Virus record (IMG/VR): IMGVR_UViG_3300046697_000300
Span: 1 to 64,000 of that record
From: a virus
Strand: one strand, 5' to 3'
Length of the DNA stretch: 64,000 nt
Shown one piece after another: positions 53,401 to 60,140 of the stretch. Every line of letters starts with the position of its first letter. Within the stretch, counting starts at the first letter, position 1. Position numbers and translations under genes: made by a program. The notes below the pieces were generated by a model. It was not told where the DNA came from and did not search any database. It worked only from the letters and a program-made list of their open reading frames with translations.

Positions 53401-55496
53401 CCCTGGGCAAAGTTGTCCTGCTCGGCGTGCACTTCGAAGCGTTGGCGAAGCGCCGCGATCGTCGCCGGCACGTCGGCCGGGGAGTCGACGGCGATGCGGA
53501 ATCCGGAGTAGTCGCGTGCCGTGGCCGACGACTGGCCTTCGTCCTCGATCTTTTCCTCGAGCCGGTCGGCATCCTTCTCGGGTCTGGCTCCTGCTAACTT
53601 GGCCCCCGGTACATCACTTAGCGCCGTTTTGATGGTCGCCTTGACCTCGGGATGCTCCTCGGTTGCGCGCGCCTGAATCGCTTCGGGATTGTTGCCCTCC
53701 TGGAGCACGGGCCGCTCGGTCTCTGGCTCGACCGCGCCAATTGGTTTGACTGGTTCGCCGGCAGTGCCCGCAGGCGCTGCCGGGTTATTCGGCACCGATG
53801 TTCCCCGTGGAACATTCTCGCCGCCGCCGGCGGTGAGCTCTGCCGGCGCTGCCGGGGTTGGCGGCGCTGCAGCCGGCGCTGGTTGGCCGTAAGTGGCCTC
53901 TCTCGCGCCTACTCTCACCTTGGCGGTTGGCGTCCCCGGCACCACGCGGCTGCCCTCCTCGGCGCTGTAGCTGCCCGTGGGGCCCTGCTCCCGATAGGCT
54001 GGCCTGTAGCCGACCTGGCCCTCTATGGGTCCGGCACCAGCGCGCAGGCCGTGCTCCCCGTAGGCTCCTTCATACGTGCGCACGCCAGCCAGGTGCGCGC
54101 CCGTCAGTAAGGCAAACAGAGCATCAGCAGGGGCCGCCGTCCAGGCCTGGGTGGCTGTGATCACATCGCCCTTTTTATAGGCGTCGTAACCCAGGTTGAA
54201 CTGCTGCACTGCTTCCTTGGCCATGCCGGCGGCAAAACCCATACCGCCAAGGATCCTCACTGCCCGCGGCACCGACGATGATCCAAGCGCATACATCAGG
54301 GCAAGATTTTCCGGGGTTGTCAGCCCGTCCGCAACCTGTCTCGCGCCACCGCCCATGCCGCGCAGGACGTTCGCCACCGAGAGGCCGCGGTCTTGAATCT
54401 TTGCAATCTGATCAGGGTCGCCGGACTTGTAAGTGTCGATCGCTTCGCGCAGCGGATCAGTTGCGTTTTCCATGTTCTTCTGGCGCTCTGCCTGGTCCGG
54501 AGGCATCCCCGCAGAGATCAGAAGCCGCTTGTACTCTTCTGGCGTTGTCCGCCCAAACATGGGTGATTTTTTGTCGAGCGCGTCGAGCATGTCCACGGCC
54601 CGCGTGAGCAGGGGTTTTCCGGTTATGGGATTAGCGGCTAGAGCGGCCGGAATCCCCGCGACGTTCGTCCCGATATTGCGCACCGTCGCTGTAGCCTGTT
54701 TGGCGTTGTCCTCCGCCCTGTCCATCTCCCTACCGAGCGTGCCGTCACCGCTTGGGTAGGGTAGTTCGCGGATCGCATCCCAGGCGCGGCCAAAAAGTCC
54801 TTTCGTTGGCGCGGCCTCGAGCGCTCCCGGGTGGGCCACTGCGCGGGCCGGTTTGAGCGGCGTTGCGGTTGTCGCTTCGAATGGCTCTCTAGGAAGCGCC
54901 GCCTCCTGCTGAATCTGCTCCTGCATGTTGCGCGGCGGTGCGCTGGCTGGTGCCCGGGAAAAGCCCTCTGCCGCCGGCCCGGCAAGTTCCATCTTTTCAG
55001 GTATAAGGGGTTTCAGCGGCACGAGTTCAGTCGGCAGCGTCGCGCGGTTGATGTCGATCTGTTGTGCCTGCCGTTCGGCGGTGAAAGCCGGCAACACCTT
55101 GTAGCCCTTGGGCACGTCCTCGTAGTCGGCGGCCTCCTGCGGGGTCTCCATCTCCGCGCCTGGCTGGCGTGTCAGGCGCAACCCTGGAGGCATGGCCGCC
55201 GGTGTCGGCGGCTTGTACTGGCCGCCAGGGAGAAACTGCGGCTCTAAGATGCTGGTCTGCCGCGGCGCCGGAGTGATCGAGTCGACTGCGGGTCTCTGGC
55301 CTTGGGGCTGGGCTGGCTGCGCTGGCGCCTGGGGAGCTGCGGCGGGCGGAGCCTGGGCCGGTGCCGCCGGTGGCAGCACCTTGTAGCCGTCGGGCACGTC
55401 GGAATACTGCTGCGGCTGGGTGTCCGATCCAGCCGGCGGCAGCACCTTATAGCCCTGGGGCACGTCCGAATACTGCTGTTGGTCCTGGTCGTCCAT
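44478..55496 (-). CDS. giant multidomain (polyvalent-type) protein, 3672 aa
   Basis: Uninterrupted ORF. Start set at ATG 55496 (TAATG overlap with the upstream stop). Domains read by motif: RelA/SpoT-like, 2H phosphoesterase, GGDEF-like, ParB-like, HAD-like and an EELQSDWHQ module (see findings). Confidence 0.85.
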   Translation of the reverse strand: MDDQDQQQYSDVPQGYKVLPPAGSDTQPQQYSDVPDGYKVLPPAAPAQAPPAAAPQAPAQPAQPQGQRPAVDSITPAPRQTSILEPQFLPGGQYKPPTPAAMPPGLRLTRQPGAEMETPQEAADYEDVPKGYKVLPAFTAERQAQQIDINRATLPTELVPLKPLIPEKMELAGPAAEGFSRAPASAPPRNMQEQIQQEAALPREPFEATTATPLKPARAVAHPGALEAAPTKGLFGRAWDAIRELPYPSGDGTLGREMDRAEDNAKQATATVRNIGTNVAGIPAALAANPITGKPLLTRAVDMLDALDKKSPMFGRTTPEEYKRLLISAGMPPDQAERQKNMENATDPLREAIDTYKSGDPDQIAKIQDRGLSVANVLRGMGGGARQVADGLTTPENLALMYALGSSSVPRAVRILGGMGFAAGMAKEAVQQFNLGYDAYKKGDVITATQAWTAAPADALFALLTGAHLAGVRTYEGAYGEHGLRAGAGPIEGQVGYRPAYREQGPTGSYSAEEGSRVVPGTPTAKVRVGAREATYGQPAPAAAPPTPAAPAELTAGGGENVPRGTSVPNNPAAPAGTAGEPVKPIGAVEPETERPVLQEGNNPEAIQARATEEHPEVKATIKTALSDVPGAKLAGARPEKDADRLEEKIEDEGQSSATARDYSGFRIAVDSPADVPATIAALRQRFEVHAEQDNFAQGDEDHGFHSYTLNVRAPGSDVSHEVQILPREVADAANKDHSLYEKARDGDKDAAAELRQRNDQHWQDFQARQQETATEHEFGTTHSNIPAGSDAAQAIEQARAAIPEADLAGQGKDVGGNHVTVRYGLQHDLTPGLRFFIESQTPFDATLGPVAAFPPSVHSDGAVPLHAPVESTELARLNREIEQHGDFARSNFADYKPHATIAYVKPEAAQKYVGNQVTAGKPFKVNSITVTDSKGNETEIPLKGTPDRRVDAGRRQRVAEMAPEEMRRELLTSEKTGLPNRRAFEEKQREQPAAAVAMSDADGLKAFNDRFGYAAGDELLRAKAEALRAAGLDAYHDKGDEFLYRGDSPKDIEAKLEKAREILRAQVFDGIEPAGSQVQLKGVDFSYGTGTDLKTAESALKAHKSERESQGERARGELGPGVEVKPKNEVESAPGARGREPGPGEVGSVKTSEIAFDPKRFQYKLNTDASGTTNLLKGQKWNPDLAGVISVWRDPANGKLYVVNGHHRAQHAKENEVPRLNALHLPATTAEEARATAALQNIAEGRGTAVDAAKFFRDSGIGLADLKEKGISLGEATAANGLALSRLHSSLFDKVVSGQLRIGRAVEIGNATAVPEQQEAILKLIERQEMRGRRVSDDTVAELARMASGAGEHAETQQTLFGAVEMRRNLALEKAEISAYIRDEIGRERRLFATVADKGRAATLEKGQNKINAAENAKTAETAAQDQDQEIYDRLSTRTGTVDDILNAAATELAEGKGNASEIKRRAYSAARTALAQAYKRGEGAGAEGPRTVPAGSQQVRPDATQGGRGAGAAGAGSAAAERGPGEIAKGDVVRLRDGTAGVVQYVTPASTGLVRARVRLSDGKLREAVKPTDLERVQPPKVDPAAEWIGVDLDKTLAHYTEFKGKEFIGKPIPEMVDRIRNILANGERVDGKLVKNVRFFTARVADDPTGVARASIEAWSQQHLGQVLPITNIKDPKMVKLYDDRATQVEPNTGQIVGGEDAETGARIQEAPPAATPAARASEATRQAAGDTAARGAVPARTEAGDLVPDQGRNAGGASGDVPAGARPAGRLPGETAEETQNRLIARGRYQRELSAAENRLTWDNAARAKVDRMEVDGAPVHVMNAPAYEAIRKIAFPEDRFEGVYLVAAEASRMVARVRSFESNVRVRPGMRQAAESLKALALALDQGRDADGSLLLIRGDYDPATLREELWHRWYIRSGLYGSDTMEELAAMPVFERVLAKLRELYKEADGPQVAAEIVGKALAGDPDIDWKGTEQQDLAQAALEAAIDEKGPAVLDGMPAADPKLAEVIKRAREYGQQTARAGAGAEGRGVAQPNREAVREATPRQGLAPDTAGSREPGGAGLQPGAEGTAPTRAELEAAGQGGLFQRRRPPGFVPLQGEPIAFPGMEDAVKEAEEARTAAEKQAMEEQLRTPLADIDKKAGEMERNAPLFRGSDASPQGSLFKRQGTGNREQGLEKAPTFYLKSERLIGQKMQGPMPANAALRMLENNGVKPEELEWTGLGDLLRAKGTAPVKPQELRETLAANDIGIQEVEKGGTPHQREVKALEPRLAGPVKFEGYTLPGGENYRELLLTLPSQGSSRYDLSELKLNEKDTTPTHWAIDAPGQQFMISKQNYGMSSAGRAMQYVADTKSRSDTHAVDFRTPHWEEPNVIGHVRFNDRTGPNGEKLLHLEELQSDWHQRGRTEGYLRSLPAEEVRALELRRNDLWKQLRGFAKFSAEPAAGAPGDWEVSVNGRIVYTVAASSAKDAIEQTNIVRSDFRGAERDDPRLAAITREYDEAQRRLNENGNRGVPNAPFKKTWPELLMKRMIRYAAENGYDGISWTPGEQQAARYDLSRQIESLDAIGFGNGKYDLTARMPDGRWREVELDVSEEKLADHVGKDLAAKIVAGAPAAGTVGRQTFSGLDLKVGGEGMKNFYDKIVPQTANKIGKPFGAKVVETSLPDNKWRVTQGPPRDGQPDFSVISSEGLTPAKDMHYYDRDAAQAEADRLNRELGAVTVPYLPVTDAMRESVMTEGQPLFKRTPVSEDLTAKRGDESEEEFHDRLAGLKAPRATPTTVTTGGHDTGKSLEDAIADLKGMPARKMGMGERVEAASDAGVAAVAKTGTAIEKAWGGVKGAAAGAWDSWGQPAPWTDYFQNLGDLRKAELRAAMDVDRYQKELKRVAPSERERNAMTAYGEAGGDPQTLKRWAAGAGSVAFESKPGGKRNAQAFKDALNLTPEQQQVADAHTRYYQQQLKILTDAGLLPAGASHYAMHTFATDPETLAKLRAVTDFSELMSNPSFLKRRVWPSFFDAIMGGEDPKTMDAGRILSSYHDAFTKTFMTRGFVRSLLYGVDPEDGRPLAALESRSGWAIVDKNTAGETRIMKQPKRPENVDDYVRIPASQLRNFTWELDDQDREVLAPGYAKMDPAEQAKLFTPEDPRFPVPEGKQLAMKGDIVIHPKYAGRVSDLVTRSWFESPSDHLPVKIIKGTARAVGKAGSTVKGVILYGSGFHQVQLGMHALDHFINPFRLDSLEDLTKDKTVQDGVGHGLKMVEIDPEGVLSGLPGMGAYHRYLFRDWIPRLKAKSYKIIYERNLERYGGGRPGAQAKLTRDEIGLMSAAQTNAAFSGQDPAFFRHLEVMNNRTFKAAEHLLLFSPDFTKARAQFVAQGFSKFGSEQRLALLRGAALMYAACRIINAALNHEQGWRRGAHWDPQDAFTVVTPKSWGPAWGNKAISVRTVYSDIAHLVASPAEWTYNRLNPVTIRPTIEFITGRDNFGRQETKTHFAKSYATQTTPIPVQKLFTTNDQSLIESFFTSLGANMANYHTPLEKKAHDLYVRGIPDEPESEERQAESRRNVQLSQKFRDGQISQTDLWNLVSTGKISPQDAARVQERGSMSDLQYDVKHMSNFDDAVKVWNAADASERAELSDIMEAKADRKIQTLASSNVPAATELENTLRQHGVPIDY
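49832..49866. repeat. 35-nt segment identical to 55653-55687
   Basis: gtgcgagcgccagcgccttgagcgactctgcggcc read at both places. Here it encodes AAESLKALALAL in the giant gene's high-GC3 frame. Confidence 0.85.
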
Positions 55497-57193
55497 TATT
55501 GCCCGGGTCGCGACTCGGCGACCCATTTACCGCCTCGCTTTACTTCAATGTGACCGTCGGGTGCCTGCCGGCGCAGCCCCTCGGGGGCGGGCTGCCGCGG
55601 TGCCTTGCGGCTCGTCGCGGCGGCCGCGGCCGGCGACTGCACCAGTTGGCCCGTGCGAGCGCCAGCGCCTTGAGCGACTCTGCGGCCCGCGGCGGCCGCG
55701 GCCGGCGACTGCACCAGTTGGCCCTGCGGGTCGATCATCCAGCCGTCCTTCGCTAGCTTCGCGTTCGCGTCCTGGCGCAACTTTGTGACCTTGGCGTCGT
55801 ACTCGGTGCCGGTGATTGAATCGAACTTTCCCGGCACCGTGGTGCGATAGTTGCCGTTTGGCTGTCGCTTCCAGGTGCTGGTGAACTCCGTGATCTTGCT
55901 CATGCCGTCGTCGGCCGCAGCCTTGACAGTATCCGGCGGCGTTGCGCTTGGCGGCTCCTTCTCCCGGCCGCCGGCCACCTGGTTGATCTGGTTGAGGTCG
56001 TCGAGCGTCGGTTGCTTGCCGCGGTTGGCCGGGTCGCGCTCCCATGCCCGCAGGGCCTGCGCCCGGGCCGTCTCCTCGGCGGTGGCCTGCCGTGGGTCGA
56101 AAAGCCGGCCGTTGGCGCGGTAGAAAGCGGCGTACTGGCCCTTGAGGCCGAGCCTGGTCGCTTCAGCATCCCACTGTTTGTACTTGGCTGCCCACTCGGC
56201 ATTGGTCTCGGCCGTCTTGACGGCTGCCTTTGCCTCGGGGGTGTTCTGGTCGGCCGTGGCTTGGGTCTTCACCAGGTCCGCCGCCGTGGTGCCGACGTGT
56301 GCATAGTCGGGCGCAACGGTCTGGAGATCCTTGCCCTTGTCCCGAATTGCCGAGGTCGCCGCGTTGAAGCGCGCGATGATGTCGGCCTTGCGCTGCTGGT
56401 CCTGGGCGAGTGTTCCCTGCCGCAGTTGCTCGTCCTCGGTGTAGTCCTTGTTTGGCGAGCCGTAGGGCGTCGCCTGATCGGGGTGGCCGCCAAAGCCCTC
56501 GGCGAAGTTCTTGAACACGCGGCCGACTGTGCCCCCGAAACTATCCTTGTAAAGCGGTTTGCCAGTCACCGGATCTGTCGCCCTGGGATTGGTGGGGATT
56601 GAATCGGTCTCGATTTTCGTGTCGATCGCCGTGGTGTCGGGCGCTGCGGGTTCGGCCTGGAAGGCTTGCCGATTCTGGTCGGCGATCGAGAGCTCGCCCT
56701 CGAGACCCTTTTGGGCGTAGCCTGCCCAAGGTGCCGCGCCAGCCGGTGCGGGCGCCGCGGGGTTCGATGGGTTCGGATTGGGTGCGGCCGGGTCGGGCGC
56801 CGTGGCTGCTGGTCCCAGCGTCTCTGGCGGCGGGGCGGCCGGCTGGCCGGGCTGGGGCCTCGTGTGGAGTACGGGCCTGGCCGGCGAGCCTGGAGGATCC
56901 TGAAAGCGTGGATCCGGATCGGCAGCCGCTGGCTGCGGAGCAGCAGCCGGAGCGGCCGGTTCGGGGGTCGGCGGAGGGGTTGCCTGCGCAATCTGCACGG
57001 CCTGCGCGCTGGCGTTCCTTTCATCGCTGGCGGCCTTATACGGGCCCGAGAGTTGGCTCAATGCGGCGGAGGCCTTGCCCGGGTTTGCGCGTAGTTCGTC
57101 TGGGTCGTATCCGGCCGCCGCGAGCGGCGCAGAACTCCGGCTCATTGAGGCCAGGTCGCTGCCGTCTGCCCAGTCTGTCCAGTCGTCAGCCAT
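55496..57193 (-). CDS. hypothetical virion-operon protein (565 aa) with Pro/Ala-rich centre
   Basis: ATG 57193 (TGATG overlap) inside track ORF 55496..57292. Confidence 0.65.
   Translation of the reverse strand: MADDWTDWADGSDLASMSRSSAPLAAAGYDPDELRANPGKASAALSQLSGPYKAASDERNASAQAVQIAQATPPPTPEPAAPAAAPQPAAADPDPRFQDPPGSPARPVLHTRPQPGQPAAPPPETLGPAATAPDPAAPNPNPSNPAAPAPAGAAPWAGYAQKGLEGELSIADQNRQAFQAEPAAPDTTAIDTKIETDSIPTNPRATDPVTGKPLYKDSFGGTVGRVFKNFAEGFGGHPDQATPYGSPNKDYTEDEQLRQGTLAQDQQRKADIIARFNAATSAIRDKGKDLQTVAPDYAHVGTTAADLVKTQATADQNTPEAKAAVKTAETNAEWAAKYKQWDAEATRLGLKGQYAAFYRANGRLFDPRQATAEETARAQALRAWERDPANRGKQPTLDDLNQINQVAGGREKEPPSATPPDTVKAAADDGMSKITEFTSTWKRQPNGNYRTTVPGKFDSITGTEYDAKVTKLRQDANAKLAKDGWMIDPQGQLVQSPAAAAAGRRVAQGAGARTGQLVQSPAAAAATSRKAPRQPAPEGLRRQAPDGHIEVKRGGKWVAESRPGQ
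55617..55723. repeat. 35-nt direct repeat (55617-55651, 55689-55723) flanking a 37-nt insert
   Basis: Both copies read gcggcggccgcggccggcgactgcaccagttggcc. Period 72 nt, in frame in the 565-aa gene (GQLVQSPAAAAA x2). Confidence 0.85.
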
Positions 57194-58245
57194 CAGCGTG
57201 CCCCTTTCGAGTCGGCGAGAACTCTTGCGATGAACCGGCCGCCGGCTGTTTTTATGACCGCCTTTTGTCCTGCGTGCCACTCGAGGAGGCACTTTAAAAC
57301 GTGGTTAGAAATGTCGCGCTCGGTGAAGCCTTCGGCAAACGGCTTACCCCGCACCACCTTCTCGAGGTTCCAGTACGATCGCCAGAGGTTTGAGCCCTCG
57401 GCGCCGATCAGCCACAGCGAAGCGCTGCCCAGGCCGGCCTCAAAGACATGCCGCAGCACCCACGAAACTGCCCTCGACCGCGGCATCCACTGGTCCGCAA
57501 TCCGCTCCCCCCAGCGCGCGTAGGCGGCCGCGACGACCCGGCCGTGCCAGGTCCTGCTGAATTTGAAGGCCAGCCAGAGCCGGAAGAGCACCGTGCGCCG
57601 GCTGCCCCACCCATCCCAGAGCCGCGCCGCAATCCAGCATCCACCGACTGCGGTCGCGATGCCTCCTGCGGCTGATTTTCCGAGGCCTTGGGCGAGAGCT
57701 CCGAAGCCCGAAACGGCCGCGTTGCCGAGTTCATCCAGGAAGCTAGGTTCCTCTGCCGCCTTTTGGCTGGTCTCGAGCGAGGTGTTGCCCGCCACGGCCT
57801 GCTGGCCGCTCAATGTCGTCTCCAGGCTTGCCGGCACCTCGCTCGCCTGGAGCGTGCCTTTGTTGTAGGCGGCTTCGTTTGAGATCCGCTCGGCGTTCTG
57901 CTGCGCCTGTTGGCCCGAGAGCGTGCGCTCGTTGGCCTGCTCATCGGCCTGGGTCGCAGCGATCGCCGGCGCTGCGTTCTGTCCCGTGCGCACGGCTGCC
58001 CCCTGCATGGCCTGGCCGGCCGCCGCGGCAGCCGCGTCCGAAGTATTGGCGAGCACCTTGTTCTGCGAGGTCTCGAACTCTCCGCCGGCTTTGTAGGGGT
58101 TGGCCGAGGCATATTGGGAGAGTTGGTTTTCGTAGTCCTGCACACCCGTCTGAGCGCCGGTGTAGCTCTGCTGGGCGTTCTGGTTGAACGTCTGGTTCTG
58201 CTGCTCGGCGGTCGACAAAACCTGCGCTTCCTGGCCTCTGCTCAT
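57193..58245 (-). CDS. hypothetical Gln/Ala-rich protein with central hydrophobic segment (internal-virion-protein-like)
   Basis: 350-aa ORF with AAAGGAA before the ATG. GIATAVGGCWIAARLW hydrophobic region. Confidence 0.65.
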   Translation of the reverse strand: MSRGQEAQVLSTAEQQNQTFNQNAQQSYTGAQTGVQDYENQLSQYASANPYKAGGEFETSQNKVLANTSDAAAAAAGQAMQGAAVRTGQNAAPAIAATQADEQANERTLSGQQAQQNAERISNEAAYNKGTLQASEVPASLETTLSGQQAVAGNTSLETSQKAAEEPSFLDELGNAAVSGFGALAQGLGKSAAGGIATAVGGCWIAARLWDGWGSRRTVLFRLWLAFKFSRTWHGRVVAAAYARWGERIADQWMPRSRAVSWVLRHVFEAGLGSASLWLIGAEGSNLWRSYWNLEKVVRGKPFAEGFTERDISNHVLKCLLEWHAGQKAVIKTAGGRFIARVLADSKGAR

Positions 58246-58257
58246 AGTCGGTTCCTT

Positions 58258-58692
58258 TCAAAGCACGCGAAAAAAATGGGCCAAGCGATGGTCAATCTGT
58301 TTCATGCCCTGCTCGCCGAGCACTTCAATCAACTCCGGCGTCGCGCGCTGGCGCGGCACAAAAGCGTGCGCGTCGTCGTAACCCCGTTCTTTGAGAAGCT
58401 GGAGCGCCATGGGGATGTGACCCATCGAAAACTCCATCTCCTCGCGACCGCCGCCGAAGCTCATCACCTCGATCGTGCGCAGAAAAACGTGACCGCAGCG
58501 CGCCCGCCAGGGCCGGTCCCCCGTCCTTGCTTCGGTCACCAGCGCCAGCGCCACGTTCGGAAGCCTGCGGCCCAGGTCTGGGTGGCCGTCCCTCATTTCA
58601 AACACCGGCGGAAAAGGGTAACTCGTTCCGTCCCTCCGGTTCTGCGCCGCCGCCGCTCGCCATAGCGCCGGCAGATCTTTGGGCTCCATCAT
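58258..58692 (-). CDS. hypothetical protein (144 aa)
   Basis: ATG 58692 chosen inside track ORF 58258..58836 to avoid overlap with the upstream gene. ATG 58719 is an alternative. Confidence 0.5.
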   Translation of the reverse strand: MMEPKDLPALWRAAAAQNRRDGTSYPFPPVFEMRDGHPDLGRRLPNVALALVTEARTGDRPWRARCGHVFLRTIEVMSFGGGREEMEFSMGHIPMALQLLKERGYDDAHAFVPRQRATPELIEVLGEQGMKQIDHRLAHFFRVL

Positions 58693-58705
58693 CCGGACTC
58701 GATAC

Positions 58706-59068
58706 TCACATACGGGCATGAGGCAAAGCCTTGAACTCCGGCACGTTGTGTTTTCTGGCGTAGGCCCTGAGCGCCGCGTGGTGATGGTTAAGGCGCTCGA
58801 GAAGGTGCCGCTCGAACTCCCGCGGGTCGAATACATTGCCGGCTGAGTCCTTGAGCGTGCCGTCGGGCTCGATCGAGAAATCCCCGCCCAGTTTGATCCT
58901 CACTGTGTTTGGCCCGACGTGGTACTCAAAGGCGCCGGTGCCCATCCAAAAATGAAGCTCCAGCCGCGCCGGCTGGCCTGACTCGGTGTGCACGCCTCGC
59001 TCGATCAGGCCCACTTTGTGCATGCCGGCGTCGAGGTTCATGTGGTGGTACTCCCGCTCCCAGCTCAT
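58706..59068 (-). CDS. hypothetical protein (120 aa)
   Basis: 4-nt overlap with the upstream gene. Confidence 0.6.
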   Translation of the reverse strand: MSWEREYHHMNLDAGMHKVGLIERGVHTESGQPARLELHFWMGTGAFEYHVGPNTVRIKLGGDFSIEPDGTLKDSAGNVFDPREFERHLLERLNHHHAALRAYARKHNVPEFKALPHARM

Positions 59069-60138
59069 ACGTTTGTCAGCCTCCCGCCGTTGCCGGCCGC
59101 TGCCGTGCCGCCGCCCTGCGCGCCCGGAAACACGCCGCCCGAGACGACGACCGTCGTACCGCCCGGATAGAGCGTTCCAGGGTTGCCTGGCGCGACCGAG
59201 ATCAGTACGCCGCCCACGATGGTCTGCGCCCCGAAGGTCGCGCCCGTTCCTGGGCCGAAGGTCGCGAGAGCCAGAACGTAATCGGCACTCGCGCCAGATC
59301 CGCCAAACGTCACGTTGTACCCGATGATCTGGCCGCCCGAGATGATCGGCACAATCACCGGCGGCACCGGCGTGCCGGTACCGACCACGCTCACCTTGCC
59401 GATCGGCGTGATGCCGTCCTCAAGCAGCGAGCCCAGCGTCGGCCGCAAGACGTAACCCTGGCGGCTGCGACCGACAAACTGCGTCGATCCTGGCGGCACA
59501 CCGACGATCACCGCCGCCGGCAGCACGCCCTGTGCCCCGCCCTTCAAGGTTGGCATCGAGGTCAGCGGCCCTGCTGCTCCCTGAATCTCGACGGCTGCCG
59601 TCGCGCCGACCGCCACGCTGGTTACGACGCCCAGATTGGTCTGGTTGAAGGCCCCGCCGTCGGAGGTGGCCGCGCTCGACACCAGACCGGCCTCGATCGC
59701 CGACTGCGAAGCCAGTATGGCCTGGTTCCAGACCTGTTTATTGAAACTCGACTCGAGCCGGAAGAACAACGTGCGGCCGGGCAGGTTCAAGACAATGCTC
59801 GTCGCCGTCGTCGGCTCGAGCACCGTGACGCCGCTCGTAAATCCCTTCACCGTCGAATAGCTCACCCGATTCCAGAGCGTTGCCGGCTGCGTGAGTTTGG
59901 GCGGCGTGATGGTCACGGTAAACGTGCCGTTTGACCCCTCGACCGCGATCGATCCTTGCGGCGGCGGCGCCGCGTTCTGCTGGTCCGACCCCTGGGTCAC
60001 GCCAACCGTGCCCGAGACCTTGGCGATCTGCGCGCTCCATCCCTGGAAGAGATTGCGCGCGTCCTCCTGGGTCGCCCGCGGCAGCTTGCCGACCAGCGAT
60101 TCAATCAGCGCGAAGTCATTGGGGGGTATCGTGCTCAT
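59065..60138 (-). CDS. hypothetical Gly/Val/Thr-rich virion/tail-type protein (357 aa)
   Basis: Beta-rich composition, structural-operon position. Confidence 0.65.
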   Translation of the reverse strand: MSTIPPNDFALIESLVGKLPRATQEDARNLFQGWSAQIAKVSGTVGVTQGSDQQNAAPPPQGSIAVEGSNGTFTVTITPPKLTQPATLWNRVSYSTVKGFTSGVTVLEPTTATSIVLNLPGRTLFFRLESSFNKQVWNQAILASQSAIEAGLVSSAATSDGGAFNQTNLGVVTSVAVGATAAVEIQGAAGPLTSMPTLKGGAQGVLPAAVIVGVPPGSTQFVGRSRQGYVLRPTLGSLLEDGITPIGKVSVVGTGTPVPPVIVPIISGGQIIGYNVTFGGSGASADYVLALATFGPGTGATFGAQTIVGGVLISVAPGNPGTLYPGGTTVVVSGGVFPGAQGGGTAAAGNGGRLTNV

Positions 60139-60140
60139 GG

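Noticed and set aside
55617-55723. Interpreting the 35-37-35 unit as a bona fide mini-CRISPR array
   Set aside because: Only two repeats are present. The unit lies in frame inside a coding sequence. No cas genes or leader are visible. The spacer matches the phage's own genome perfectly, which would be self-targeting. It is kept as a finding because the geometry and the 35-nt identity are real, but a recombination/template-switch origin seems more likely.
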